Shown here piece by piece: positions 1 through 9,873 of a DNA stretch of 64,000 bases. The stretch spans positions 3,584,001 through 3,648,000 of the forward strand of contig OY729428.2 of the NCBI GenBank assembly GCA_963422375.2, written 5' to 3'. A program made the position numbers and the translations under genes. Position 1 is the first letter of the stretch. Each line of letters opens with the position of its first letter. The notes below the pieces were generated by a model, which saw only the letters and a list, made by a program, of their open reading frames with translations, was not told where the DNA came from and searched no databases. Source of the stretch: Bryobacterales bacterium. Its GTDB lineage: Bacteria; Acidobacteriota; Terriglobia; Bryobacterales; UBA6623.

Positions 1-1950
1 GGCCTCGGCGGCAAGCTGCTGCGCAACCCGTTTCTCGAGCTGAGCGCCCAGCGCGGCGTCCTCGGAGCGTGGCTGATGACCACGGCCGCGTCGGCCATCC
101 TGCTGCACGCGATCCTCACCGACAACTTCAGCTTCAACTACGTCGCGTCGCGGTCGAACGCGGACCTGGACCTGCTGTACAAGATCGCGGCTTGGTGGGG
201 CGGGCAGGAGGGGTCGCTGCTGTTCTGGAGCTGGATCGCGGCAACCTACTCGTTCGTGGCCGTGTACTCCGGGCGCAAGCGGCACCGGAGCATGATCTCC
301 TACGTCGTCGCGACGATGAGCGCTACGCAGGCCTTCTTCCTCGGTCTCGTCGCGTTCGAGGCGAACCCCTTCCAAGTGATCATGTCGGGCCCGCAGATCA
401 CGGCGGTGCCGGACGGGCAGGGGCTCAACCCCCTCCTGCAGCACCCCATGATGGCGATCCACCCGCCGATGCTGTACCTCGGCTACGTCGGGTTCACCGT
501 GCCGTTCGCCTTCGCGCTGGCCTCGCTGATCACCCGCCAGCCGGGCGAGCGCTGGATCCACACCACCCGCGTGTGGACGATGGTGACCTGGCTGTTCCAG
601 TCGATCGGCATCCTGCTGGGCGCGCGCTGGGCCTACGTGGTGCTCGGGTGGGGCGGCTACTGGGGCTGGGACCCCGTCGAGAACGCTTCCCTGCTGCCCT
701 GGCTAACCGGCACGGCCTTCCTGCACTCGGTGATGATGCAGGAGAAGAAGGGCATGATGAAGGTCTGGAACATCGTCCTGATCTCGGCGACGTTCTTCCT
801 GTGCATTTTCGGGACGATGATGACCCGCGGCGGGCTCGTCAGCTCGGTCCACGCCTTCGCCGAGTCCGAGATCGGCGCCTATTTCGTCTGGTACCTGGTG
901 ATCGGCATCGCCGTCACCGCGTACCTGATCGGCAGCCGGCTGGAATACCTGCGCAGCGAGGCCGACCTGGACTCGGTGGTCTCGCGAGAGTCGAGCTTCC
1001 TGTTCAATAACGTCGTCCTGCTGGCGAGTTGCTTCGCGGTGCTGTGGGGCACGCTCTTCCCGGTCATCAGCGAGTACTTCACCGGCGACAAGATCACCGT
1101 CGGAGCGCCGTTTTTCAACAAGGTCAACGTGCCGATCGGGCTGTTCCTGCTGTTCCTCACAGGCGTCGGCCCGCTGTTCGCATGGCGGCGCACGTCGGCC
1201 GAGTCGCTGCGCCGGAATTTCCTGTGGCCGGCGGTATCCGGGCTGGTCTGCGCCGCGGCGCTGCTGGCGGCGGGCATGCGCCACTTCTACGCCTTGGTAT
1301 GCTTCGCCCTCTGCGCGTTCGTCGCCGCGACGGTGCTGACGGAGTTCTACCGCGGCGGCCGGGTCATCCAGCGCAAGGGCGGCACCGGCCTGGCGGCGGC
1401 GATGGTCGAGCTCACGCGCCGCAACACGCGCCGCTACGGCGGCTACCTGGTCCATATGGCGATCGTGCTGATGTTCATCGGCTTCGCCGGAGCGGCGTTC
1501 AACCAGGTCCAGCAGGAGGAGCTGGAGATCGGCGACAGCATGCAGGTGGGCGCCTACGACTTCAAGCTGCAGAACGTCTCCGAGTCGGACAACCCCAACT
1601 TCTTCCGCGCGGTGGCCTCGGTCGACGTCAGCAGGGACGGCGAGTATCTCGAGACGCTGATGCCCGAGCGGCGCTTCTACCACGCGTCGAACCAGCCGAC
1701 CAGCCGCGTGGACGTGCGCAACCGCCTGCGCGAGGACGTGTACGTGGTGTACGCGGGACATTCGAACGACGGCACGGCCCCGGTGATCCAGGTGTATATC
1801 AACCCGCTGGTCAACTGGATCTGGATCGGGTCGCTGCTGCTGGTGCTCGGCACGCTGGTGGCGTTGATGCCGAGCAGGAAGCCCGGACGGTCTCCGCGGA
1901 CCCGGCCCGCCCCGCTGAAGGAGCATCCCGTTGCGGTTCCTGGCGACTAG
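1..1950 (+). CDS. ccmF: Cytochrome c biogenesis heme lyase CcmF (5' end outside window)
   Basis: Frame is open from base 1. Motifs WGGQEGSLLFW, GLNPLLQHP, IHPPMLYLGY, WGGYWGWDPVENASLLPWL, SVHAF; many TM helices. Confidence 0.95.
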   Translation, partial: GLGGKLLRNPFLELSAQRGVLGAWLMTTAASAILLHAILTDNFSFNYVASRSNADLDLLYKIAAWWGGQEGSLLFWSWIAATYSFVAVYSGRKRHRSMISYVVATMSATQAFFLGLVAFEANPFQVIMSGPQITAVPDGQGLNPLLQHPMMAIHPPMLYLGYVGFTVPFAFALASLITRQPGERWIHTTRVWTMVTWLFQSIGILLGARWAYVVLGWGGYWGWDPVENASLLPWLTGTAFLHSVMMQEKKGMMKVWNIVLISATFFLCIFGTMMTRGGLVSSVHAFAESEIGAYFVWYLVIGIAVTAYLIGSRLEYLRSEADLDSVVSRESSFLFNNVVLLASCFAVLWGTLFPVISEYFTGDKITVGAPFFNKVNVPIGLFLLFLTGVGPLFAWRRTSAESLRRNFLWPAVSGLVCAAALLAAGMRHFYALVCFALCAFVAATVLTEFYRGGRVIQRKGGTGLAAAMVELTRRNTRRYGGYLVHMAIVLMFIGFAGAAFNQVQQEELEIGDSMQVGAYDFKLQNVSESDNPNFFRAVASVDVSRDGEYLETLMPERRFYHASNQPTSRVDVRNRLREDVYVVYAGHSNDGTAPVIQVYINPLVNWIWIGSLLLVLGTLVALMPSRKPGRSPRTRPAPLKEHPVAVPGD

Positions 1951-2395
1951 CCTCGCGCTGGCCCTCGCGGCCGCGGCCGCGCAGGCGGCCGTGCCCTACC
2001 CGAGGCTGCGGGAGGTGGGCGACCGCGTCTCGTGCCAGTGCGGCTGCGCCTACACGGTGGGCAGCTGCAACATGATGAACTGCCACTTCCGCGACCCGGT
2101 GCTGCAGAAGATCGGGGACGGCCTCGAGCGCGGCCTGTCGGACGAGGAAGTGCTTGAAGAGGTCTACGCCGAGTACGGCAGCGAGACGCGCGTCGAGCCG
2201 CGCGGGGAAGGGTTCGGCATTGTCGGCTGGACCGCGCCCTTCGCGGCGTTCGCCGCAGGGTTGCTGGTCATCCCGTGGATCGTGCGGCGCTGGCGGTCGA
2301 ACGCCGGGGCGCGGTCGCGCGGCCCCGAGGTGCCGGACGCCGTTGCCGAGCGCTACAACGCGGAGATCGAGAGAGACCTCGACCAGTTCGAGTGA
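1931..2395 (+). CDS. ccmH: Cytochrome c-type biogenesis protein CcmH
   Basis: Signal peptide, CQCGC...C...C motif, 'EEVLEEVYAEYG', C-terminal TM helix; overlaps the ccmF end. Confidence 0.8.
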   Translation: MRFLATSLALALAAAAAQAAVPYPRLREVGDRVSCQCGCAYTVGSCNMMNCHFRDPVLQKIGDGLERGLSDEEVLEEVYAEYGSETRVEPRGEGFGIVGWTAPFAAFAAGLLVIPWIVRRWRSNAGARSRGPEVPDAVAERYNAEIERDLDQFE

Positions 2396-2444
2396 GCTTC
2401 GGAGACCGGGGCGCGGCCGCAGCGCCGGTCGCGCCCGGCATGCC

Positions 2445-2723
2445 ATGCTAGTCGCGGCCGCTATCGCCATGATCCTGATCGCCTTCGGGCTGCCGTTGGT
2501 GGTGCGCACCAGCCACCTGCCGCCCGAAGAGAGGGTTTCCCCGACGCAGCACCTGGAAGACCGCAAGGCGGCCATCTACGAGAATCTGCGCGACCTGCGG
2601 AGCGAGTTCCAGATGGGCAAGATGTCCGCGGCCGACTACGCGGAGAGCAAGCAGGCCCTGCAGCAGGAGCTGGCCGGGGTGCTGCACGCAATCGCCCAGA
2701 CGGAAGGCGGCACCGATGCCTGA
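2445..2723 (+). CDS. Small CcmI-like membrane protein
   Basis: N-terminal TM then 'KAAIYENLRDLRSEFQMGKMSAADY', resembling the CcmI N-terminus; lies in the ccm operon. Confidence 0.65.
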   Translation: MLVAAAIAMILIAFGLPLVVRTSHLPPEERVSPTQHLEDRKAAIYENLRDLRSEFQMGKMSAADYAESKQALQQELAGVLHAIAQTEGGTDA

Positions 2724-3744
2724 GGCGCGGGCGGCGCTGCTCGCCCTAGCGCTGGGAGCCGCACTCCTGTGGGCGCGCGGGGCCGCGCCGGCCCAGGTCA
2801 GGGGCAGCGTCGTGAACGCCACCGCCGGCGCGCCGGCCCCCGGCGTGGCGCTGACGCTTTCGAGCTTCGCCGACGGCATGAAGCCCGTCGAGGAGACGGT
2901 CTCCGCCGCGGACGGTACGTTCGCGTTCGCCGAGAGCCTGCCCGCGCCGGCCGCAGGGCAGCCGTTCGCCGGCGCGGTCCGGGCGGAATTCGACGGGATC
3001 GGGTACACCGAGCTCGTGCGGAGCGGCTCGACCGGGGAGGAGGTCCGGATCACGGTCTACACGGCGACCGCCGCAGGGCTCCCGGCGCCGGCCAACCGCG
3101 TCGTGATTCTCGAGCCCCAAGGCGACCGGATGCATGTCCGCGAGGGATACCAGTTCCTCAACGAGTCCGACCCGCCGGTCACGTTCAGCAGCGAAGCCGG
3201 CACGCTGCGCTTCCACCTTCCGAGCGGCGCCGACGGCGAGGTGGACGTGTCCGGCACGGGCCCGGCGGGCATGCCGCTGCGCAGCACCGCCCTCCCCGCG
3301 GGCGAGCAGGGCATCTACAAGGTCGATTTCCCCCTCAAGCCCGGGGAGAACCGGCTGGATCTGTCCTACGACGCACCGTACGACGAAGGCGCGGAGTTCA
3401 CCGTACGCACGCTGTATTCCGGGGTGATGTCCCGGGTGGCTGTCCCGGAAGCCGTCAGCGTCAAGGGCGACGGAGTCGAAGAGCTCGGGCGAGAACCTAC
3501 CATGCGGGTGTCGATCTACCGCCTGCCCGACAAGCCGGAAGTCCGCCTGACAGTGACCGGGCAGGGTCGGCTGCCTGCGGAGGGCGGGTCCGCCGGATCC
3601 TCGCGGGGCGCCGAGATCAGCATCCAGCCCGCGCCGATCCATGGCGAGCTCTACTGGATCATCGCCCTCACTGTCCTGATTCTCGGCCTCGGCTTCGTCC
3701 ACCTGATGGGCTCGCGACGCCCGGACGGCGCCGGGGAGGGGTAG
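2716..3744 (+). CDS. Exported membrane-anchored protein with carboxypeptidase-regulatory-like domain (ccm cluster)
   Basis: Signal peptide, 'VRGSVVNATAGAP' beta domain, C-terminal TM helix; coupled to neighbouring genes. Confidence 0.7.
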   Translation: MPEARAALLALALGAALLWARGAAPAQVRGSVVNATAGAPAPGVALTLSSFADGMKPVEETVSAADGTFAFAESLPAPAAGQPFAGAVRAEFDGIGYTELVRSGSTGEEVRITVYTATAAGLPAPANRVVILEPQGDRMHVREGYQFLNESDPPVTFSSEAGTLRFHLPSGADGEVDVSGTGPAGMPLRSTALPAGEQGIYKVDFPLKPGENRLDLSYDAPYDEGAEFTVRTLYSGVMSRVAVPEAVSVKGDGVEELGREPTMRVSIYRLPDKPEVRLTVTGQGRLPAEGGSAGSSRGAEISIQPAPIHGELYWIIALTVLILGLGFVHLMGSRRPDGAGEG

Positions 3745-3755
3745 CGCCGACGCCT

Positions 3756-4454
3756 ATGGGTGAAGCCGCGATCGCTGTCCGGGGCGTCTCGAAGTTCTTC
3801 GGCGACTTCCCCGCCCTGCGGGAGGTCGACCTGGAGATCCGGGCCGGTAGCGCACTGGCCCTGCTCGGGCGCAACGGCGCGGGGAAGACCACCCTGCTGC
3901 GGGTCCTGGCCGGGATTTGCGCGCCAACCAAGGGAGAGGTCTCGTTCCCGGGAGGCGCGGACCACGGACGCGACCGGCGGAGCCGCGTAGGCATCGTCGG
4001 CCACGGCACGTGGATATACGACGACCTGACCGCGGAGGAGAACCTGCGGTTCTTCGCCGGCCTGTACGGCGTGGACAACTCCGGCGAGGCCGTCGGCGCT
4101 TGGCTGCGGCAAGTCGGGCTGGAGCGGTTCCGGGACGCGCGGGCCGGCGAGTTCTCGCGCGGGATGCGCCAGCGCCTGACCATCGCGCGGGCGTTCCTGC
4201 ACGACCCGGCAGTCCTGCTGCTCGACGAGCCGTGGACCGCCTTGGACGACCGAGCCGTGGAACTGCTGTCCTCGCTGGTGGTCGCAGCGCGACGGAGCGG
4301 CAAGTGCGCGGTGATTTGCTCCCACCAGCTGCGCGAGGCCGTCGGCGTGGCGGACGAGGTCGCCCTGCTGCACCGCGGCCGGATCGCGTACCGGGGACGG
4401 GTCGACGACAACCTGCGACGCGACCCGCAGTCGCTTTACGAGCACGTTCGATGA
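3756..4454 (+). CDS. ccmA: Heme ABC exporter ATP-binding protein CcmA
   Basis: Walker A GRNGAGKT, signature FSRGMRQR, Walker B LLLDEP, H-loop; directly upstream of ccmB. Confidence 0.88.
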   Translation: MGEAAIAVRGVSKFFGDFPALREVDLEIRAGSALALLGRNGAGKTTLLRVLAGICAPTKGEVSFPGGADHGRDRRSRVGIVGHGTWIYDDLTAEENLRFFAGLYGVDNSGEAVGAWLRQVGLERFRDARAGEFSRGMRQRLTIARAFLHDPAVLLLDEPWTALDDRAVELLSSLVVAARRSGKCAVICSHQLREAVGVADEVALLHRGRIAYRGRVDDNLRRDPQSLYEHVR

Positions 4455-5137
4455 GGCGATTCCTGGCGGACGCGTGGGCCGTGGCGGCCAAGGACCTGCG
4501 CTGCGAGCTGCGCGACCGGCAGGTCCTCAATGCGGCGGTCTCGTTCGCGCTCGTCGTGCTGCTGATGTTCAGCTTCGCGTTCGACCCGAACACCAATGTC
4601 GGCATCCGCAGCCTCTCGGGCGGCCTGCTTTGGGTCGTGTACCTGTTCGCAGGGGTGCTCGTGCTAAACCGCAGTTTCGCCCGGGAAACCGCCAACGATT
4701 GCCTCGCGGCCCTGGTGGCGGCCCCGCTGGCGGGCGAAGCGCTGTTCTTGGGCAAGGCGCTTTCGAGCTGGCTCCTCATCCTGGCCGTCGAGCTGATTTC
4801 GCTGCCGGTATTCGGCATCTTCTACGACGTCAACTGGGTTCCGAAGGCCGGGCGCCTGCTGCCGGTCTTCGCGCTGGGCAGCTGGGCGCTAGCAGCGGTC
4901 GGCACGACCTTCGGCGCACTGACCGCCAACAACCGCATGAGGGAGCTCATGCTGCCGCTGCTCCTGCTGCCTGTCTGCCTGCCTGCTCTGGTGGCGTGCA
5001 TGAGCGTGACCTGGGGCATCTTCGACCCGTCCGCGGTGACCGAGATCGGCCCCTGGGTGCGATTGCTGGTCGGATTCGACATCATCTACACTTTGCTCGG
5101 CGTGCTTGTGATGGATTCCGTCCTGACGGCGAGCTGA
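4451..5137 (+). CDS. ccmB: Heme exporter permease CcmB
   Basis: 'KDLRCELR', 'RSFARE', 'RELMLPLLLLP' motifs; six TM helices; ATGA overlap with ccmA. Confidence 0.9.
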   Translation: MRRFLADAWAVAAKDLRCELRDRQVLNAAVSFALVVLLMFSFAFDPNTNVGIRSLSGGLLWVVYLFAGVLVLNRSFARETANDCLAALVAAPLAGEALFLGKALSSWLLILAVELISLPVFGIFYDVNWVPKAGRLLPVFALGSWALAAVGTTFGALTANNRMRELMLPLLLLPVCLPALVACMSVTWGIFDPSAVTEIGPWVRLLVGFDIIYTLLGVLVMDSVLTAS

Positions 5138-5188
5138 GCCGTTACCGTGACGAGTTCGCGGCCGAAGGCGGGAAGGGTGACCGCGGAG

Positions 5189-6343
5189 ATGCACTCAAGG
5201 CTGCGATGGGGACTGGTCGGCGGCGGCGAGGGCAGCCAGATCGGCAGCGCGCACCGGATCGGCGCGACCATGGACGGGCTGCTCGAGCTCGCTGCGGGAG
5301 CCATGGACATCGACCCTGCGAGGGGCCGCGAATTCGCCATGCGCCGCGGCATCCGGGCGGACCGCGCATACGGCGACTGGCGCAGGATGCTGGAACGGGA
5401 GTCGGCTCTCGAGCCGGGTGAGCGTCTTGACCTCGTGACGGTCGCCACTCCGAACTCGACGCACCACGAAATCGCCACCGCGTTCCTAGAGGCGGGCTTC
5501 CACGTGCTCTGCGAGAAGCCGCTCACGACGACCGTCGCGGACGCCCGGGACCTAGTGCGGACAGCGCGCTCTGCGGGCCGGATTCTGGCGGTCAACTACG
5601 GATACAGCGGCTACCCGATGGTGCGACAGGCGCGCGCCATGGTGCGGAACGGGGAACTGGGAGGGATTCGCGTGGTTGTAGCGGAGTTCGCCCACGGGTC
5701 GCACGCCGACGCTTCCGACGCGGACAACCCCCGCGTGCGCTGGCGCTACGACCCGGCGCAAGCCGGGGAGAGCTCGGTGCTGGCAGACACGGGCCTGCAC
5801 GCGCTGCACATGGCGTGCTACGTGATTGGGCGGCAGGTCGCACGGGTGTCCGCGGACTTCGTATCGACCGTCGAGGGGCGGGCGCTCGAGGACGACGCCT
5901 CGGTCGCCTTGCGGTTCGCCGGCGGCGAGGCCGGGCGTCTCTGGGCGAGCGCCGTGGCGGTAGGCCAGCAGCACGGGCTGACCCTGCGCGTCTTCGGCGA
6001 ACTCGGCGGCCTGCGCTGGTCTCAAGAGCAGCCGAACCAGCTGCTCTGGACCCCGCTCGGGGAGCCCGCGCGGACGCTAGAGCGCGGGGACTCGCGACTA
6101 GACGAAGAGGCCCGGCGCGGCTCGCGAATCACGATCGGCCATGTAGAGGGCATGCTAGGGGCCTTCGCCAACATTTACTCGGACCTAGCGGCGGCCATCC
6201 GCTCGCGCGGGAGGGCTCGGAACGGAGGTTGCGATTCGGCTCCGTACCCGACCGGAGCCGACGGCCTGCACACGCTGGCAGCAGTGCATGCCGCGGCCGA
6301 GTCCGCACGGCACGGCGGGGCTTGGGTGGATGTGCCCGCGTGA
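5189..6343 (+). CDS. Gfo/Idh/MocA family oxidoreductase
   Basis: GLVGGGEGSQIG Rossmann motif, TPNSTH, CEKPL, GHVEG. Confidence 0.9.
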   Translation: MHSRLRWGLVGGGEGSQIGSAHRIGATMDGLLELAAGAMDIDPARGREFAMRRGIRADRAYGDWRRMLERESALEPGERLDLVTVATPNSTHHEIATAFLEAGFHVLCEKPLTTTVADARDLVRTARSAGRILAVNYGYSGYPMVRQARAMVRNGELGGIRVVVAEFAHGSHADASDADNPRVRWRYDPAQAGESSVLADTGLHALHMACYVIGRQVARVSADFVSTVEGRALEDDASVALRFAGGEAGRLWASAVAVGQQHGLTLRVFGELGGLRWSQEQPNQLLWTPLGEPARTLERGDSRLDEEARRGSRITIGHVEGMLGAFANIYSDLAAAIRSRGRARNGGCDSAPYPTGADGLHTLAAVHAAAESARHGGAWVDVPA

Positions 6344-6609
6344 CGCGTCATTGGGTGAAACCTGACAGCGGCGCACAGGATCGCCGAGGCCCCGTCAATG
6401 CGCCAGCCTCTCGCGGAGGGCGTCTCATCCCGTCGCGAGGGCGAACCGGCGGGCGGCACGCGTGTCCCTAGCAGATTCCACCGTCGCCAGATGGCGCCTC
6501 GGGCGGCGAACAGCGCGACGCGCAGGAAGCAACGCGGAGACCCCGAAGCATTCGCCAGCCCATAGGAGCGGACTCTCCGTCCATGCAGAGTCCGGCATCC
6601 CGTCGGGAG

Positions 6610-6965
6610 CTACCGGAGAAGTCCTCGGCTGCTTCGTGTTCAAGGACGACGGCACCAGGGAGCCGAAGGCAATGCTCTACGAGAGACCCAACGGAGACCT
6701 CACGCTGTCGCGGGACGGCAACTGAATCCTCACCGACACCTACAACATGGGCGAGTACATCCACCTGTACATGTACCATCTGCCCTCAATGCGGCTGGCT
6801 CCGCTGGCGATGCTCCAGACCCGCCTGAACCGGAAGCCGCTCTTGCAGGCGGCAGGCACCTACCAGATCGACCTGCACCCGCACTTCAGCCCGGACGGGC
6901 GCACGGTGAGGATCGACTCGTCGCACGAGGGCCTCGGACGCTAGGTCTGCCCGCTGGACAGCGGC
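6610..6965 (+). pseudogene. C-terminal remnant of a beta-propeller (TolB/oligogalacturonate lyase-like) protein
   Basis: One frame reads SRDGN*ILTDTY...IDLHPHFSPDGRTVRIDSSHEGLGR*V. In-frame stops at 6723 and 6942 fall where W and Q are expected. Confidence 0.6.
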
Positions 6966-6969
6966 CATC

Positions 6970-8958
6970 TCATGGACAACCCGCCCGCTGCCCCGTAGCT
7001 CGCGGAACCCCTTCATCCGGCACGGCTCCTGCCAGCCGCCGACGCATGCGCCGGAAGGCGGCCAGCGCCTCCGGGTTGGCCAAGGCGTCGAGATTCCCTG
7101 CCGGACGGCCGTGCAGCACCCGCTTCGCAGCTAGCTCGGCGATCTTGCCGCTGCGCGTCCGCGGGATGTCCTCGACTTCAAACACCCTTGCGGGCACGTG
7201 GCGCGGCGAGGCCCGCAGCCGGATGACCTGGCGGATCCGGCGCACGAGACCGGCGTCGAGCGAGGCGCCGGCGGCCGGCCGGACAAACAGGATCACCGAC
7301 TCGTCCGCGCCTTCGCGCCAGCCCACGGCCAGAGCCTCCGCGACTTCTTCCAAGGATTCGACGGCGGCGTAGATCTCGGCGGTTCCGATGCGCACGCCGC
7401 CAGGGTTGAGCACCGTGTCGGACCGCCCCCAGATCCGTAAGCCGCCACTCGGCGTGCGCTCGCAGTAGTCCCCGTGATGCCACCAGCCGGGAAACCGCTC
7501 GAAATAGGCTGCGCGGTACAGGCTGCCGTCCGGATCGTTGAAGAAACCGACCGGCATCGAGGGGAACGGCAGGGTGCATACCAGTTCGCCCTTCTCCCCC
7601 GGAGCGAGCCTGCGGCCGTCGTCGCCGACCACCTCGACGCGCATCCCCAGCCCCGGCGCTTGCAGCTCGCCGCGATGAACCGGGCCGACGGGGTTGCCCA
7701 GGGCGAAGCAGGAGACGATGTCCGTGCCGCCCGAGATGGACGCGAGGAGAACGTCCGACTTGACCGACCGGTACACATAGTCGAAGCTCGTGTCGGCGAG
7801 GGGTGACCCCGTCGAGAGGATTGTGCGAAGTGCCTGCAGGTCGTGGGACCGGGTCGGCGCGAGGCGGGCCTTCTCTACTGCGGAGAGGTACTTAGCGCTA
7901 GTCCCGAACACCGTGACCCGCTCTTCTTGGGCCATGTCGAACAAGCTGCCCGGCGACGGATGGAATGGCGACCCGTCGTAGAGCACCACCGTGGCTCCGA
8001 CCGCCAGGCTGCTGACGAGCCAGTTCCACATCATCCACCCGCAACTAGTGAAGTAGAAGATCCGGTCCTCCCGGCCGAGGTCCGTGTGCAGCAGGTGCTC
8101 CTTGAGATGCTGCACCAGCGTCCCGCCCGCGCCGTGGACGATGCACTTGGGCGCGCCGGTGGTCCCGGACGTGTACAGGATGAAGGACGGGTGATCGAAC
8201 GGGAGGGCCTCGAAGCGAGGTTCGCACGGAGAGGCGAGGAAGTCGCGATACACCGACGCCGATAGGAGGCCGCCGAGTTCGGGCTCGTCACTCAGGAACG
8301 GGATCACCACCACGCGCTCGATCGACGGGACCCGCCGGGCAATCTCCCGGACTCTCGGCATGCAGTCGTACCGCACGCCTGCGTGCCGGTAACCGTCCAC
8401 CGCGAACAGGACCCTAGGGCGGATCTGCCCGAAGCGGTCCACGACCGCGTCCGCGCCGAAGTCGGGGGAGGAGGAGGACCAAACGGCCCCGAGGCTCGCG
8501 GAGGCGAGCATGGCCGTCACGGCTTCCGGCACGTTGGCGACGTACCCCGCCACGCGGTCGCCGCGGCCGATACCCGCCCGGACGAGCGACGCCGCCACGG
8601 ACGCGACCTCGAAATAGAGCTGCCTGTAGGAGACCGACCGCCTGCTCCCGTCCTCGCTGCGAGCCACCAAGGCCTCGCGCCTGTCGCGGTAGCGCAGGAG
8701 ATTCTCGGCGAAGTTCAGTTCCGCGCCCGGAAACCACCGCGCGCCGGGCATCCGCTCGATGCCGTCCACAGTCCGATCGGGCCGACGCCGGGCCCGCACT
8801 CCAGCAAACCGCCACAGCGCCGCCCAGAAGCAGGCCGGGGACTCGACCGACCATCGGTGCAGGCTCTCGTAGTCGGTCGCTCCGACCTCGTTCATGAAGC
8901 GCCAGAGACCGGATGCTGCGACCCGCGCAGGCGATGGGGTCCAGATCGGCTCTGTCAT
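6970..8958 (-). CDS. Acetoacetate--CoA ligase (acetoacetyl-CoA synthetase)
   Basis: WFPGAELNFAENLL, YTSGTTGAPKCIVHG, SISGGTDI, GRSDTVLNPGGVRIGTAEIY, PRTRSGK. Confidence 0.93.
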   Translation of the reverse strand: MTEPIWTPSPARVAASGLWRFMNEVGATDYESLHRWSVESPACFWAALWRFAGVRARRRPDRTVDGIERMPGARWFPGAELNFAENLLRYRDRREALVARSEDGSRRSVSYRQLYFEVASVAASLVRAGIGRGDRVAGYVANVPEAVTAMLASASLGAVWSSSSPDFGADAVVDRFGQIRPRVLFAVDGYRHAGVRYDCMPRVREIARRVPSIERVVVIPFLSDEPELGGLLSASVYRDFLASPCEPRFEALPFDHPSFILYTSGTTGAPKCIVHGAGGTLVQHLKEHLLHTDLGREDRIFYFTSCGWMMWNWLVSSLAVGATVVLYDGSPFHPSPGSLFDMAQEERVTVFGTSAKYLSAVEKARLAPTRSHDLQALRTILSTGSPLADTSFDYVYRSVKSDVLLASISGGTDIVSCFALGNPVGPVHRGELQAPGLGMRVEVVGDDGRRLAPGEKGELVCTLPFPSMPVGFFNDPDGSLYRAAYFERFPGWWHHGDYCERTPSGGLRIWGRSDTVLNPGGVRIGTAEIYAAVESLEEVAEALAVGWREGADESVILFVRPAAGASLDAGLVRRIRQVIRLRASPRHVPARVFEVEDIPRTRSGKIAELAAKRVLHGRPAGNLDALANPEALAAFRRMRRRLAGAVPDEGVPRATGQRAGCP

Positions 8959-9006
8959 CCCAGGCGGCGGATTCGGACCGGCGGATCGCGGAGACCCCGC
9001 GAGGGG

Positions 9007-9546
9007 TCAGGTGACCGGTCGGGAGGGCCCCGGGAGGCGCCAGACCACGATGGCCGATGCCAGTCCGAGGAGCAGCTTGAGCGCATCCAAGCCGGTGTAG
9101 GCATGGTGTAGAGTCCAGAACGCGCTGCGCACTTCGGGCAGGGCGCTCTCCGCCGCGAAGTCCATCATTCGGCCTAGCCGAACTGTCTCCGGGACGACGT
9201 ACAAGGTCAGGACAACCGAGACTGCGAGCATCGTGCCGGTCGCGCCGGTCACTCTCCAGCCGCCCCCGCCCCGCCATGCCAGCAGCACCGCAAGCATCCC
9301 GAGCGGAAGCTGGGCCCAGCCCCAGCCCCGAAAGAACAGGCGGTTGACTTCGGACGCCTGGTGACGCAGGACGAGGCGCAGGCCGTCGTCCGAGACCGCG
9401 CCCGCCGCCTCGCGGAAGCCCTCGTCCCGCGATGCCTGCACGCTCGCCGCGACCGCAAAGTTCTGGATCGCGGTCTGCCACATGAAGAGCGTCCCGGCGC
9501 ACCATGCGCCGAGGAGGAAGCAGAGCGGGAGGGCGCTGCGTCTCAT
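9007..9546 (-). CDS. Four-TM membrane protein (DUF4149-like)
   Basis: Hydrophobic helices and the C-terminal 'FWTLHHAY' motif; overlaps the yggX stop. Confidence 0.6.
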   Translation of the reverse strand: MRRSALPLCFLLGAWCAGTLFMWQTAIQNFAVAASVQASRDEGFREAAGAVSDDGLRLVLRHQASEVNRLFFRGWGWAQLPLGMLAVLLAWRGGGGWRVTGATGTMLAVSVVLTLYVVPETVRLGRMMDFAAESALPEVRSAFWTLHHAYTGLDALKLLLGLASAIVVWRLPGPSRPVT

Positions 9547-9818
9547 GTGGGAGGCGCTACGTACTCGGGGGGCGGGGCCGCGCCCTCCCCGAAGAAAAAG
9601 GCCTCCATCTGGCTGATGATCAGTTCCTGTGCCTGCAGAGTAGCCGGGTTCAGGCGGTACTCGTTGATGATCATCTTCAGGTGCTCCGCCCACTGGGCCC
9701 AAGCTACCTTGGAGACGTTTTCGTAGATCCGGCGACCGAGGTCGCTGTCGAAGGGCGCCTCGTCCAGCCCGGGGAGCCTCTTGCGCAGCTTGACGCACTG
9801 AACCATCCGCTCGGCCAT
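9543..9818 (-). CDS. yggX: Fe(II)-trafficking / oxidative damage protection protein YggX
   Basis: MAERMVQCVKL...LGRRIYENVSKVAWAQW...MIINEYRL. Confidence 0.92.
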   Translation of the reverse strand: MAERMVQCVKLRKRLPGLDEAPFDSDLGRRIYENVSKVAWAQWAEHLKMIINEYRLNPATLQAQELIISQMEAFFFGEGAAPPPEYVAPPT

Positions 9819-9873
9819 GCTTCCATTATCGTAGAACTCGAAGGGCGGCAGCGCCGCCGGGAGGATTGGCGTC

